Source: a virus
Virus genome (UHGV): UHGV-0214148
Direction: 5' to 3' (one strand)
DNA length: 64,000 nt
Shown here: piece after piece, positions 38,633 to 49,808 of the stretch
How the letters are laid out: the number at the start of each line of letters is the position of its first letter
Position numbering within the stretch: the first letter of the stretch is position 1
Made by a program: the position numbers and the translations under genes
The notes under the pieces: model-generated
The model's input: only the letters and a program-made list of their open reading frames with translations
What the model was told of the DNA's origin: nothing
Database searches by the model: none

Positions 38633-41600
38633 ATGAAAGCGTATCCTTACGATCCTCGGGGGACGAAAACCGAGAATCACTTCTTAGAGGAGCGTATCAT
38701 CGGGTCAGAAAACAACAACGATCGGGTGGTGATTCTAGACCATCGCCCGTTTTTTGAAGATTTAGTCGTCAGACAACCAGGTTCAACCACCCCACTGAGT
38801 CGTGGGGTGGACTACGAACTGCAATATCAGCTGACGGAACTGGATGACTCGGTAGCAGCCAACGTGTATTGTGGGGTACACCTTATCAACCCTTCCATCA
38901 AAGGCATCGTAACCTTTGAAGGACAAATGCTCGGCGGTACGTTCTACGACCCGTTTGTTGATATTCTCGATGAACTGGTGAAATATTTGAATAACCCAGT
39001 CAGTGCTGACTGGTTGTTATTAGAAGGCAGACCGTCGTTATACCCGGCTACGCCTGCGGCAACGTCCTGGGCGGATTTGCTGAACAAAAAATATTTAGCG
39101 TCGGCAGTTCACGATATTGAATTGAAAACCGACGACGCTAACCAGTTAATTAAAGACAAATTAGCTGAAGTTAAAGCGTTAGTCGCCGCGCTGGGTAAAG
39201 AAATCGAGGCATTTAACTACCCGGCACACATCGCGGAAACCAACCCGCACCAAACTACTTCTGCACAGATTAGCGCACATCCTGTTAACTTGAAAACACC
39301 CGACACCTTTATGGCGTACGGGTTAAAGTTGAAAGCACTGACGGATGAACTGAAAGCGTTTCGTTTACCACAGTCAGTTATTGACACGTATATCTCCCAC
39401 TGGATTTCTTCAGAAGTACGGGGTGTGTTTAACTGTACGGTGTCAGGAAACCGTGCACAATTCCGCTCAAAAAACGGTGAGTCAGAAATCATTTTTGCGA
39501 ATGATGGCTTTACGTTAAAATCCAACGGTTCTGTGGTGTTGGCGGTAGGGCATCTGGAGGGAACGGGTGCAGGACGTTACATTAACTGGCGTGCTGGTAA
39601 AAACACCTTACGTATCGAGTCAACAGGCGATGCTTTAGGGATGAACAAACTCACCCTAAACGGTAACCCGTTACTGACTACCACGGCGTTGATGGAATAC
39701 CAACAAGATCCTGATGCTGGCGGGAGCGGCGGCGGTGACCCTGATGACTCGAAGGTGTACATCGAAGGCCGTAATGGGATTAGCTTCACCGGTAAAGGCT
39801 CTCGGACCGATCCTATCGTGGGTACTATCGACCCGACGAAAGCGACAACCGCTGAAAAAGGTGTTGTTAAGCTTAAAACTGGTAAAGGTACAGAAACGGT
39901 TGGGGTTGCAGCAACGCCAGCGTCATTAACACCTTATTCGACCGACCTATCAGGGTATGTGGCTAAAACGACCATGATTAACGGTAAGCCAATGAATGAC
40001 GGCTCCAGGACAATCACGAAAGCTGACCTGGGGTTAGGGCAAGCGGATAACACCGCAGACCTTGACAAACCGTTGTCAACCGAGTTAACTAAGGCGGTTA
40101 GCGGTCTAGCAGATGTAGGCCATCATCACGATTGGTCGGAGTTAGGCATTTATAAAGCTTCTCAATCTGTTTACGGTATTGGACGTTATGCAACTAACCA
40201 GAACGGTTTGGTTGAAAACCGTGCAGTGGTACCGAACATCTTAAAAGAGCTTTCGGCACGTTTAAGTGTGGTCGCTGCGGCAATTGCAAATGCGAAAGAA
40301 GGAACAGTAACGGATTTCGCTGCTGTAAAAGGCGCAGACTGGCGATTTAATAGCCAGGGTACGGCAATCTCCGTTCAGGATTTGAAATATTTCTATTTGC
40401 TGGACGGCACGAAAGGTGACAGTACCGTTACCGGTGCGATTGACCTGCAAACCACCCCGATGTTTAACTGGTTCTCACCGAATAACCAACTTGAGCTGAC
40501 TTGGGCTACGGGTAAGGTGAGTAACGGTACGGGAATCAACTGGACGGGTATTGAAGAACCGCCATTGATGGGGTTCCAGTCTGTCCCGGTAGGTAAAACC
40601 GCTACGCAGATGGGTGACCAGTCAGTTGTTACTGTATTGGCAAAAACGCGTGTAAAAGCATACCAACCGAAGCTCTGGGTTTATGCTGCTGGGGGTGGTC
40701 CGGTTACGGTTTACATTAACGGTATCCAGGCCGCTTCAGGCGAGTCCCCACTCGTTGCGGTGTACGAAACGTCGTCAGACGTTGAAAATTACACAGTGGC
40801 GGTTAAAGCCGAGTGCAGCGACACGACTAAATCCGCAGCGGTACAGTTCGAAGTTTACGATGGTGACTACCCCGTTTATTTCAGTGGTCCTGAAACGCGC
40901 GTAGAGCTTCTCCAGGAGTTTGTTACAACGCACGTAGGGGTTCGTCACTATTTGTACGTTAACATGCTCACAGGCTCTTTGTATTCGCGTGCTGAACCGA
41001 TTCAGAGTATTGCCGTTGACCCAGAGCGCGGTTATATCGGATATGTTGATATCGTTCCTGGTCAGTCTTACGCGAATAAAACTGTGGGGTTTGAAACCAC
41101 GTTTGATTTCGGGAAAAGTGCGGAAGTTAGCGAGCACATCAGCACTCGTAAGGCACACGGACTCAGCGCTGTTGACTGGGCGTTAACGGATAACCCACGG
41201 CTGCCGTTATTAAACCGTGCTATTGCTGAACCAAGAGCGTGTATCTTTAGGAAACCGTTAGCAACCGCTACAGGGGATGTTTTCCATCTTGTCAGTCGCG
41301 GCCTTTATACCTACGCACACAACCAAAACGTGAAGTCGAGTCTTCAATACGTTGTGATACCTGAAGGTGCTACGCCGTATTGTTGGTTTACACCATTTAA
41401 CCCGAAAGAAAACAACGCACCGACATTCGAAGGCTCGTTTGCGTTCGATGTTGACGATGTTGGTGGAACGCAAGCCCTTGCTGCTGCGCCGGATTTGGTT
41501 CTATGCACGTCAACGCAAGGTAGCAGCGTTAAACGTCGCTATCTGCGCATTGACCTAACTACCAAAACCTGTAAGTTGGGGATTGGTTCCCGTTCAGATT

Positions 41601-42814
41601 CTGCTGTTACGGATATTCCGTTAGTGATGGAGGAGTCTGGGGAAACGGCAGTGGCCGCAACGTTTAAGGATGTGTTGTTCAACGGTGAGGAAACCAACCC
41701 CGCGACGCTCGACTTGATAGGTTGGGGTGCCAGCCGAGATAAAATTTCTGCAAACCATGCACCTCGTGGCATGATTCGGTATCGTTACAACGTAAACACA
41801 CGGGTATTACGTTTAGCACTGACGTTCTCACAGTTCGGAACGACAACAGTTAAACATCGACAGCTGGAGATTCAATTCCCGTTCGATTTAGTGGATTATT
41901 TCACTGGCGACGGTGTGGGATTGTCGTTTAAAGAACTGTCTGCGAAATGTCGTGTAACGATTAGTCACGCGCTGATTGATCCGGCTACGAGTAACGTCGA
42001 CATTGATAAGTACCATTACTTACGTTCGTTGTTCGAATCGTATCTGGATTCTTCCGTTGGGTATTTGGCTGATACCAAAGACGTTGATTTTAGTCAGTCT
42101 GTGATTGACCCTGCGACTTACGAGGTTAGTCAAAAATACCGCGTTACAGAAAGCATCGCGCTGCCAACCGGCCAGGGAAGTGTTGCTGTTTCCCATGACG
42201 GCCAGTTGCCTGCGCAGTTCTTTGACCGTAAGCTGTCTCGTGGTGCCTTGATGGCCAAGAAAGGTGAACTCAACGCTTCCTGGAATAATGAGTGGAGCAC
42301 GACTAAAGCTGCTGCGAGTCGTTATCGCCATAAACTCATTCTACGCTTTGCACAAGGTGCTGATAAACAGCAGTATCGCGTTGCAAAAGTGGCCGGGACG
42401 GTGAAGTCTAACTGGCCGGGTAAAGTGATTATTGGTGATGCCGGGAAGGACCCGTATGTATCGGCTATTGATAGCGTATCTTTTGCGCTTTCGACCGCCT
42501 CTGATACAGGTAAAGCGATTACTCTTACGCCAAAGGACTTACGTGTAGGTCAGGACATTTATATTGTCTTAGAACCACCCGGCAATAATCCAGAAGGTTA
42601 TGAACTTAACTTCACTTGTTCGTTAGATGTCACTGACGAGAAAAGTGTCCGTCAAGATCAACTCAATGCACAGAGTTTCGAACTCCGTAGCGGCGAAAGT
42701 CAGTTCTTAATGGAGAAACGCAACCCGTACCACATCACGAGTAAAGCGTGGAAGTGGATTTTGGCTGTACTGAAACGTGAACTTAACGGGAAGCAGTTAG
42801 GGGATCGTACTTAG
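38633..42814 (+). CDS. large fiber-like virion protein 2 (putative tail fiber)
   Basis: ~1393 aa; N-terminal RPFFEDLVV...RGVDYEL pattern; SD AGGAG 10 nt upstream; abuts fiber 1. Confidence 0.55.
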   Translation: MKAYPYDPRGTKTENHFLEERIIGSENNNDRVVILDHRPFFEDLVVRQPGSTTPLSRGVDYELQYQLTELDDSVAANVYCGVHLINPSIKGIVTFEGQMLGGTFYDPFVDILDELVKYLNNPVSADWLLLEGRPSLYPATPAATSWADLLNKKYLASAVHDIELKTDDANQLIKDKLAEVKALVAALGKEIEAFNYPAHIAETNPHQTTSAQISAHPVNLKTPDTFMAYGLKLKALTDELKAFRLPQSVIDTYISHWISSEVRGVFNCTVSGNRAQFRSKNGESEIIFANDGFTLKSNGSVVLAVGHLEGTGAGRYINWRAGKNTLRIESTGDALGMNKLTLNGNPLLTTTALMEYQQDPDAGGSGGGDPDDSKVYIEGRNGISFTGKGSRTDPIVGTIDPTKATTAEKGVVKLKTGKGTETVGVAATPASLTPYSTDLSGYVAKTTMINGKPMNDGSRTITKADLGLGQADNTADLDKPLSTELTKAVSGLADVGHHHDWSELGIYKASQSVYGIGRYATNQNGLVENRAVVPNILKELSARLSVVAAAIANAKEGTVTDFAAVKGADWRFNSQGTAISVQDLKYFYLLDGTKGDSTVTGAIDLQTTPMFNWFSPNNQLELTWATGKVSNGTGINWTGIEEPPLMGFQSVPVGKTATQMGDQSVVTVLAKTRVKAYQPKLWVYAAGGGPVTVYINGIQAASGESPLVAVYETSSDVENYTVAVKAECSDTTKSAAVQFEVYDGDYPVYFSGPETRVELLQEFVTTHVGVRHYLYVNMLTGSLYSRAEPIQSIAVDPERGYIGYVDIVPGQSYANKTVGFETTFDFGKSAEVSEHISTRKAHGLSAVDWALTDNPRLPLLNRAIAEPRACIFRKPLATATGDVFHLVSRGLYTYAHNQNVKSSLQYVVIPEGATPYCWFTPFNPKENNAPTFEGSFAFDVDDVGGTQALAAAPDLVLCTSTQGSSVKRRYLRIDLTTKTCKLGIGSRSDSAVTDIPLVMEESGETAVAATFKDVLFNGEETNPATLDLIGWGASRDKISANHAPRGMIRYRYNVNTRVLRLALTFSQFGTTTVKHRQLEIQFPFDLVDYFTGDGVGLSFKELSAKCRVTISHALIDPATSNVDIDKYHYLRSLFESYLDSSVGYLADTKDVDFSQSVIDPATYEVSQKYRVTESIALPTGQGSVAVSHDGQLPAQFFDRKLSRGALMAKKGELNASWNNEWSTTKAAASRYRHKLILRFAQGADKQQYRVAKVAGTVKSNWPGKVIIGDAGKDPYVSAIDSVSFALSTASDTGKAITLTPKDLRVGQDIYIVLEPPGNNPEGYELNFTCSLDVTDEKSVRQDQLNAQSFELRSGESQFLMEKRNPYHITSKAWKWILAVLKRELNGKQLGDRT

Positions 42815-42900
42815 GACAGACTGCCTGCGGGCAGTTGTGTGTCCGTAGGTAACCCCTCCCTGTAATGGGGAGGGGTATCCATTTTATTTAAAAGTAGGAG
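42815..42900 (+). terminator. intra-operon hairpin/terminator-like element
   Basis: CCCCTCCC-TGTAATG-GGGAGGGG hairpin followed by TATCCATTTTATTT between fiber genes 2 and 3. Confidence 0.45.
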
Positions 42901-42908
42901 TCTTTACG

Positions 42909-45900
42909 ATGCCGAGAGAAGACGCGGCGCAGTTTAACGGTACGCTAAGCACAGCGACGTACCCTAACCGATTTAACGTGGTCATTCCGCCTGAAGGACC
43001 TTTTTATCGTATCGGATTAAAACTCACAGTAGCCGACGATACCGCGCCTAACGGACGTCGTACTCTGATTGAGGGGCTGGACTACTATTTAGGCTATTAC
43101 TTTAAAGAACTCGCCGAAGCTGAACAAGATCAGATTTATGGCGGGTTTATGTTGCTTACTGCAACAGAAATCGAATATGAGATTTTAGGGGTAGCACGGC
43201 AGTATCGTGTACCGCAATCTGAAATCGGGAAGTTCTTAGTTCGTACTGACCTGAAAGACCCACGTAACGTGGACTGGTCGGAGTTAATGGCGTACGCGCC
43301 GGTTATTCAACCAATCGACCCCCCTGCTAACTTAGAAGAAGCTATTCTGAGGGACGAGGTCGTTAAAGCGTTGAACGATATCCGCAAGAAAATCATTCAG
43401 CGTTCAACAGAGTTAGATGCGGCCTTCACCGAAGTCACTAACCTTATTTACGAGAACGGTAAAAAGATTTTCGATGAAGAACTATACCAACACCACCTTA
43501 ATCCTAACGCTCACCAGTATACGACCAATGACGTTGGGGCCCTTCCGGTTTTAGGACGTGCTGTTGACGCTACAAAAGCGTTTGGGTTGACAATTGACCA
43601 ACTGGCTACGCTGATGGGTTCGGCGGGCATTGAGCAATCAGACGTTGAACAGCTAATGGGTGAAGCCCTCGGTACCGTTTACGGTCGTTGGGGCACCACG
43701 AACGGTAACGAACTAACGTTTAAAACACCGGGTGGACACATCATCAGCATCCGTGGTGATAAGTGGTTAATTACCTCCCCGCAACCGTTAGTGATTAAAG
43801 CAGACCAAGACAACAACGAATCCGGTTTGGCGGTTGAGTTTAGTGCGGGACTGAATACGCTTTGGGTACACTCTGGGTCAGAACAGGATGTATTAGCACC
43901 GGTCTATAACTCTGTGTATCTCGTTACACCAGAAATGGTGAACATGTACCTGACGTCTGTAACGTTACTTGAAGCGAATGCCTATTTCAAACCGTCAGAC
44001 ACCGTAAAACCGTACGGTACAGCGAAGCAGTCTAACCCACTAACGTTGAACGCGAATATTCCCACAGCAACCGAGTCGGTTTATGGGGTGTTTTCGATTA
44101 CGAATATCGCAACCTCTGTAGCGCTAGGCACTGCTATTTCCCAAAAGGCTGTGACCGAGTTAAAAAACCGGTTGGACTTGTACGTTGACGACGACTACAC
44201 GGTTAACGGTAGAGGGTTTGTTAAGACAGGCGACAACATGGTGTTAACCTTAACGAAGGCCGATTTCGGTATCGATAAGATGAATAACACCACACCCATC
44301 GCTAAACCGGTAACAAAAGCATTAGCGAACGTGCTGAAAAATAAAAGTTTGAAGGTACACACGCACACTACCGCTGATTTGGATAATGTCCCGATTGGTA
44401 GCGCAACAGTGGACGGTATCTTACAGCTGTGGGATGCGATTGATACCACGAATGATAAAGCCGTCACATCACGCCAAGGGTGGCTGTTCGCAAAAGAGAT
44501 TAAGAAGGTCTCTGATAAACTGAATACCCTCTTGCCCGCATGGACAACGGCCGGGAGCAAATATACCAACAATTCGATATTGCCGATCTTGTCGATGGGT
44601 AATTACGAAGGTTATGGTAAAAACATGGATGCGCTCCAGATGGTTATAGGGGTACAACAAGGTAAGCTTTATGCTTTAATTAGCTCTAAATCCGCCCTTC
44701 CGGGAACCGAGGGTATTTATTACGCCGTTGCCGGGTTAAAAAACGACAAAAGTCTTGGTGAAATTTACAAAACAACGTTCCGTTATAAGCCGAAAGGGTT
44801 AGAGACGAATTATCCTGGGGTGGAACTAAAAGAAATTACCGTTACGGGTACCGAAGCATTTATAGCGAAAGGCAGCGACGATAATTACTATTTAGTTAAA
44901 CTGAACGGTTCAATGGATTACACCAAACATACCGATGTCAGGTTGGTAACTTTCTCAGAATTTGTTTCAGAAACAACATGGGAATTTGTGCCGAATATGT
45001 TCATGGATCGTGTGGTCATAGCCGATAACGGCGTCTATGTTTTGCGTACGATGCTAATGGCCGATCTGAAAAACAATAGTCTGGTGGACTACATTAAGGA
45101 TACTCCGCAACCTATGTTCCGTGTTGGGTTATTGCGACTTAATAAAACCGATCGGTTTGAACAGGTTGATTTAAGCTCTACACGAAAAATCGGTAAGTGT
45201 GCCGATTTGGTTGAACCTGGCGCGTTCGATGTAGATAATCCGAATACGAAGCGTCTTGCCTACTTCACTGCGGAAGGCAAAGCGTTGTGGACAGTGAATT
45301 TACAATTAACTAGAGGGGTGTCAAGATGGATAACGCCCGTTGTTAAGGACGGTAATCTGTTAACCGTCGGCGTGTCTGGCGTTTGTCTTGGTTTTTCTTC
45401 AACGAAAGGTACCACATTCGGGCCATGGAATGGTGCTTATCGTCTCGACCTATTAACCGGGGAGGTTGGGTTAGAGACAACTAACATCTTCCCAATCAAA
45501 ATCGATACTACAGGTTGCTACTTAAAAGACGGAACAAAAATAGAGCTGAAATGGAAATGGGCTACTCGAAGTTCTGGCTATATGGCCGACAATAGAATCT
45601 GTGTCGGTGATATGGTTTATTCTTGCTGCTGTTCGACAGAAAAACAACTTGCACCGTCTCTCCATTACCAGAAACTCCCAGAAGGAGTTAGTTATCTGGA
45701 CTATGTTAAGTTGAGTGCGGGGTATGAGGGGCAATCTACGTTTGAAAATCGGATAAACCCTGTGGTGGGTTCGGTGTGGAAACCGTCTATGACTCTACCA
45801 TTGTTCTTCCCAGGAACAAACAAAGTATGGCTTAAACATCAAAAAACGGCTTATTTCATTGAAGCCGAATATGATAAAGATACGACTTATGGTTATCCTG

Positions 45901-48095
45901 GATACGGCGGGTTTGGACCAACATCCCGCCGTGTTGAAAAAAAAGCGAACGAATACGGCGTATTGACAAATATACCGCTGGTTGTTACGCCAGACATACC
46001 GAAAGGTCTACTAGATGGGGCTTACTTTATCGGTGCTGAAAGTAAACCATGTAAAGTTGTTTACGGTACCACTACGGTGGCTAGTGATCGGTTGTCTATC
46101 GATGCGGCAGAATGGGCGAAGTTGACTAATATTGTTCAGTCCAGCCAGTTCTCTGGGGCTTCTAACGGCAACGCCTATGAGCGGATTAGCGTAGCTAAGA
46201 CCAAAAAGAACAACTACAGTTTGTCCTTTTGGGTGCTTGGTCAAACGATGTCTGGTGGTCCGCTTTGTATCGCGATAGTGAGTCTTATCTATAAAGACAC
46301 TGACGGGGTAAATAAGTTTGCTTTTTACTTCTTTCAGGTAAAACCGACTATAACCAACGGGGTCATAAGGTTCGTTAGTTCGGAAGCGAGAATGATGACG
46401 TTCAGGGAAAAAATGGCCAGTAACGCCATTAATCTCTCACCCACAGCTTTTAATGGTGAACTTAAACAACGCTCCGGTCAAGTTTTCCTTTATTCGCAAG
46501 ACGGACAAAAGTTCAGATTCTCAATACATAACCTGGTTGGCGGGAATCTTGTAGGATCAGAGATTTCTTTTGCTTTTGGGATAAACTTGACTAAAAAAGG
46601 AGAATGGTTTACCGGCGAAATTCATCGGGCGTGGGGCTATACGTATACGCTGAATAATACATCTGAAGTCTATATACCCGATCTCTCGGGCATCGCGCTA
46701 TTGACTTGTAACTCGGAAGATTTAAACGAGTTGTATCTCGGTGGCGAACAGTATAGAATCTCTGATTTGTTTAACAAAAAATATACTGTTATCGATAAGA
46801 TTATTATTGGCGGCGTACAAACACAGAGCGGTTGGAATTTCTATCTGACGGAGGAAACCGAGTTAAGTTTTGGAAATAAAAGATATACCGTTCCAAGATG
46901 GTCCGTTGATTTAAGCGATGAATTCCCGACTAATCACGCTAACCAGACATTCTACGTTTATGCTGAAGTGGTCGGTTCTACTGCCCAATACCGCATCGGT
47001 TTAGAGCAGTTAGCTGATACCTCGTCGAGACTGTTTGTTGGGACAGTAACCACTGATTCGAACCGTATTACGGATATCAGTATCGATAAAGTAAAACGGT
47101 TAGGTCGTGTAAAAGAGCTGGAAAATCATGCCTCGGTTGTTGATCAGCACGATGTGGCGCAGGCGTTCGACAGGAAAACTGGTCCACTATTAACAGTGGT
47201 TAATAAACCCGTTAAAGCCATTACAGCATCTGCGAGCAAGGGTGCTGGGTATGTCGATGGCCAGAAATGGAATACGTTGTCCGGGATTGCAACGCGGCCC
47301 AGGTTGCCGGTACAGGAAACCTATTCAGGTTATAAAAGTATCAGCAGGGTGGCGTATGAGAACTGCGCTGACCAGTTCTGGCAGAAAGCGGTTGCTGCGA
47401 ACGTTGCAGCGGCTACTGCTTCTGAGAACAAACAAGCAGCAACCGCGAACATGAAGTGGCTGGGCGCGTATACGAGACCGACTACCGGTGCGAGTGTGTG
47501 TCTGGTACTAAGTCTACGTGTTAAAGTACCTGGTAATCCCGGCACCGCTAATCGTAGACTGAAAATCAGGCTTGCGGCTCCGACAGGTATAACTGAAGTT
47601 CGTTACGGGTTAAATCAGTCTGGCGGTACGATGGCTGAACAGACAGTAACGTTGACTGCCAACAGTTATCTGGAAAAAGAGCACGCCGGATTTAAGCCAG
47701 CCGAAGAAGTTCGTGTTCATGCTACCTTTGTCATTCCAAAAAATGAATACGAGAGTTACCGTACGAAGTTCGGTGCGGTTCAGTTGATTGACGTTGAATC
47801 GAACACTGTCATTAAACAGACAGATATCGACACACCGTTTTTCGTGTACACCGCCACGGAGCAAGCGGCACAATCTGGTTTGGTGTATAAAGCGGTTAAG
47901 AGTCAGTTTCGTCAACTCCCGGCTCAACCTGTCGTCATTGTAACTGATGGACAGACAGGGACTACGCCACCGGTGAAAACCTCGTTTGCTGACGGGACAT
48001 TAACGGTCTACGTGGCAACCACGTACGACGCGGTTAACCCAGCACAAACACGCGATATCGACAAGCTCCAGTTCAATCTTATGTTTACATCTTAA
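42909..48095 (+). CDS. large fiber-like virion protein 3 (putative tail fiber)
   Basis: 1728 aa; N-terminal GPFYRIGLKLTV...LIEGLDYYLG pattern; SD AGGAG precedes the ATG. Confidence 0.55.
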   Translation: MPREDAAQFNGTLSTATYPNRFNVVIPPEGPFYRIGLKLTVADDTAPNGRRTLIEGLDYYLGYYFKELAEAEQDQIYGGFMLLTATEIEYEILGVARQYRVPQSEIGKFLVRTDLKDPRNVDWSELMAYAPVIQPIDPPANLEEAILRDEVVKALNDIRKKIIQRSTELDAAFTEVTNLIYENGKKIFDEELYQHHLNPNAHQYTTNDVGALPVLGRAVDATKAFGLTIDQLATLMGSAGIEQSDVEQLMGEALGTVYGRWGTTNGNELTFKTPGGHIISIRGDKWLITSPQPLVIKADQDNNESGLAVEFSAGLNTLWVHSGSEQDVLAPVYNSVYLVTPEMVNMYLTSVTLLEANAYFKPSDTVKPYGTAKQSNPLTLNANIPTATESVYGVFSITNIATSVALGTAISQKAVTELKNRLDLYVDDDYTVNGRGFVKTGDNMVLTLTKADFGIDKMNNTTPIAKPVTKALANVLKNKSLKVHTHTTADLDNVPIGSATVDGILQLWDAIDTTNDKAVTSRQGWLFAKEIKKVSDKLNTLLPAWTTAGSKYTNNSILPILSMGNYEGYGKNMDALQMVIGVQQGKLYALISSKSALPGTEGIYYAVAGLKNDKSLGEIYKTTFRYKPKGLETNYPGVELKEITVTGTEAFIAKGSDDNYYLVKLNGSMDYTKHTDVRLVTFSEFVSETTWEFVPNMFMDRVVIADNGVYVLRTMLMADLKNNSLVDYIKDTPQPMFRVGLLRLNKTDRFEQVDLSSTRKIGKCADLVEPGAFDVDNPNTKRLAYFTAEGKALWTVNLQLTRGVSRWITPVVKDGNLLTVGVSGVCLGFSSTKGTTFGPWNGAYRLDLLTGEVGLETTNIFPIKIDTTGCYLKDGTKIELKWKWATRSSGYMADNRICVGDMVYSCCCSTEKQLAPSLHYQKLPEGVSYLDYVKLSAGYEGQSTFENRINPVVGSVWKPSMTLPLFFPGTNKVWLKHQKTAYFIEAEYDKDTTYGYPGYGGFGPTSRRVEKKANEYGVLTNIPLVVTPDIPKGLLDGAYFIGAESKPCKVVYGTTTVASDRLSIDAAEWAKLTNIVQSSQFSGASNGNAYERISVAKTKKNNYSLSFWVLGQTMSGGPLCIAIVSLIYKDTDGVNKFAFYFFQVKPTITNGVIRFVSSEARMMTFREKMASNAINLSPTAFNGELKQRSGQVFLYSQDGQKFRFSIHNLVGGNLVGSEISFAFGINLTKKGEWFTGEIHRAWGYTYTLNNTSEVYIPDLSGIALLTCNSEDLNELYLGGEQYRISDLFNKKYTVIDKIIIGGVQTQSGWNFYLTEETELSFGNKRYTVPRWSVDLSDEFPTNHANQTFYVYAEVVGSTAQYRIGLEQLADTSSRLFVGTVTTDSNRITDISIDKVKRLGRVKELENHASVVDQHDVAQAFDRKTGPLLTVVNKPVKAITASASKGAGYVDGQKWNTLSGIATRPRLPVQETYSGYKSISRVAYENCADQFWQKAVAANVAAATASENKQAATANMKWLGAYTRPTTGASVCLVLSLRVKVPGNPGTANRRLKIRLAAPTGITEVRYGLNQSGGTMAEQTVTLTANSYLEKEHAGFKPAEEVRVHATFVIPKNEYESYRTKFGAVQLIDVESNTVIKQTDIDTPFFVYTATEQAAQSGLVYKAVKSQFRQLPAQPVVIVTDGQTGTTPPVKTSFADGTLTVYVATTYDAVNPAQTRDIDKLQFNLMFTS

Positions 48096-48135
48096 CGCCA
48101 CGGGACAAGGACGTCTCGGATTAAGGAGAGTGGCC

Positions 48136-49335
48136 ATGGCCTCCATTGTATACCAATACCCTTTAGATTTAACGGGAAGCCTAACCTCTAACGCCGTGGA
48201 GCGTCAGGTTACGTTAGGTACAGGTAAAGTTAACCGTGCGTTTGCTTTTCCTGATGGACCGTTTTATGCTGATACGTTCCGCTTGCGGGTTGCTAACCGA
48301 CCCGATGCGACGTATGAGCGCGGAACGGACTATGAGTTGATTTTTGCACACCCGGCTTACGAGAAATTGACGAAGAACCGGGAAGTGGTAATGGCGGTTG
48401 TTGTAACGAACACCGCGATTCCGACCGATATCACGGTATCGGCGCAAGTAGTCGGGGGCCCGCAGTCGGCAAACGTGACTGCGATAGAACAGGCGATTGC
48501 TGAGTTGAATCTCGATAATCGAACTGTTGGCTTTAAAGACTTGCGAAATGTTCCTGATACATTTCCGTCGGCACCGACGTATAAAGACGTCGGCGATATT
48601 TACGGCTTCGAATATATCATTACAGTGCTCGCTGGCATTAAAGATGCGATAACGGCGGGCGATGCTGTACAGCTTGAGAACATCAAAGCGATTCTCGAAA
48701 GCCTGAAAAACGATTTCCTGGACGCACTGAACGCGCACATTAACGCCACGGGTAACGTCCACCATCTGGACATTCATCAGGTTAACGGGTTAACGGAAAC
48801 GGAGATCCGTGCACTGATTCGTGACGTACAGTCTGCCATCGATGCAACGATTGCCGATATCAATGCATTGAAGAAAGCGGACGAAGCGTTAGGAAAACGT
48901 ATTGATGCTGTTGTCAAATCTTTGGAAGCGTGGAACGACCAACTTAACGTCGTTGCACAAAACTACCAGAAAATGGCACTGGCAATGGCGAACCTAAACT
49001 CGTTAGTGTTACAGTTACAGAAAAATATCAACGATCTGAGCACCAAACTCAACCAAGCGATTCAACGTATTGCTGCGTTAGAACAGCGGGGTAATGAGTC
49101 CGATCAGAAAATTGATAAACTGCAACAAAACCTGGATGCGCTTAAACAGCAGGTTAATAATAACACGAACGCAATCAGTCAGGCGAACCAGAACCTGCAA
49201 AACCATATTGCGGCAGATAACCCACACACAGGCTATCTCCACAAGAAATACGGTGGTGTGGTTCAGGCTCCAGTACACGTTAACGCTAACTTGACGTCCC
49301 GTGATGACGTTCAGGCAGAAGCGGGTACGAAATAA
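48136..49335 (+). CDS. fiber-like protein 4 with long coiled coil
   Basis: ~400 aa; N-terminal GPFYADTFRLRV...RGTDYELIF pattern; central Gln/Asn/Leu heptad-rich region (residues ~230-360). Confidence 0.55.
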   Translation: MASIVYQYPLDLTGSLTSNAVERQVTLGTGKVNRAFAFPDGPFYADTFRLRVANRPDATYERGTDYELIFAHPAYEKLTKNREVVMAVVVTNTAIPTDITVSAQVVGGPQSANVTAIEQAIAELNLDNRTVGFKDLRNVPDTFPSAPTYKDVGDIYGFEYIITVLAGIKDAITAGDAVQLENIKAILESLKNDFLDALNAHINATGNVHHLDIHQVNGLTETEIRALIRDVQSAIDATIADINALKKADEALGKRIDAVVKSLEAWNDQLNVVAQNYQKMALAMANLNSLVLQLQKNINDLSTKLNQAIQRIAALEQRGNESDQKIDKLQQNLDALKQQVNNNTNAISQANQNLQNHIAADNPHTGYLHKKYGGVVQAPVHVNANLTSRDDVQAEAGTK

Positions 49336-49345
49336 CTTTATTACA

Positions 49346-49391
49346 GGAGGAACTATGCTTATGGGCGTAGTCCTCCATTCTTTTTTATTTT
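49346..49391 (+). terminator. rho-independent terminator between fiber gene and peptide genes
   Basis: GGAGGA...TCCTCC stem followed by ATTCTTTTTTATTTT, ending 9 bp before the first precursor-peptide start. Confidence 0.65.
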
Positions 49392-49399
49392 AAGGATAC

Positions 49400-49798
49400 G
49401 TGATGGCGATCAGTGTTAAAAATGTACGTGACCGAATCACCAACGTAGAGAACCAAATGGCAACTGGCCCACGTGTTGATCCGCAAGTTGCGTCGAAAGC
49501 ACATAATGCCGCCGACACTTTTTCGGGTTGGACGCCAAGTCGGTTAGACTGCGGGGGAAGTTGCAGCTGGACGTGCTCAAACGGCTGTACGCACGGCTGT
49601 ACGAGTTGTTCGGGCACCTGTACGTCAGTATGTGTAGGTAGCTGCTCCTCTGCGTGCGGTAACCAGTGTACTGGATGTAGTTCAACATGTTCCGGCGGCT
49701 GTTCAGGTTGCAGTGGGACCTGTGGGGGTGCTTGCTCGGGCCGTTGTTCTACGGGTTGTTCTGGTGCTTGCTCTGGTGGCTGTTCTGGCCCAACCTAA
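49400..49798 (+). CDS. Cys-rich precursor-like peptide A (leader plus CxxxC-repeat core)
   Basis: 132 aa. ~49-aa leader (AISVKNVRDRITNVENQ...SRLD), then a core starting CGGSCSWTCS with ~21 Cys, mostly at 4-residue spacing and separated by Gly/Ser/Thr. SD AAGGA upstream. Confidence 0.65.
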   Translation: MMAISVKNVRDRITNVENQMATGPRVDPQVASKAHNAADTFSGWTPSRLDCGGSCSWTCSNGCTHGCTSCSGTCTSVCVGSCSSACGNQCTGCSSTCSGGCSGCSGTCGGACSGRCSTGCSGACSGGCSGPT

Positions 49799-49808
49799 GA
49801 GGTGAAAA

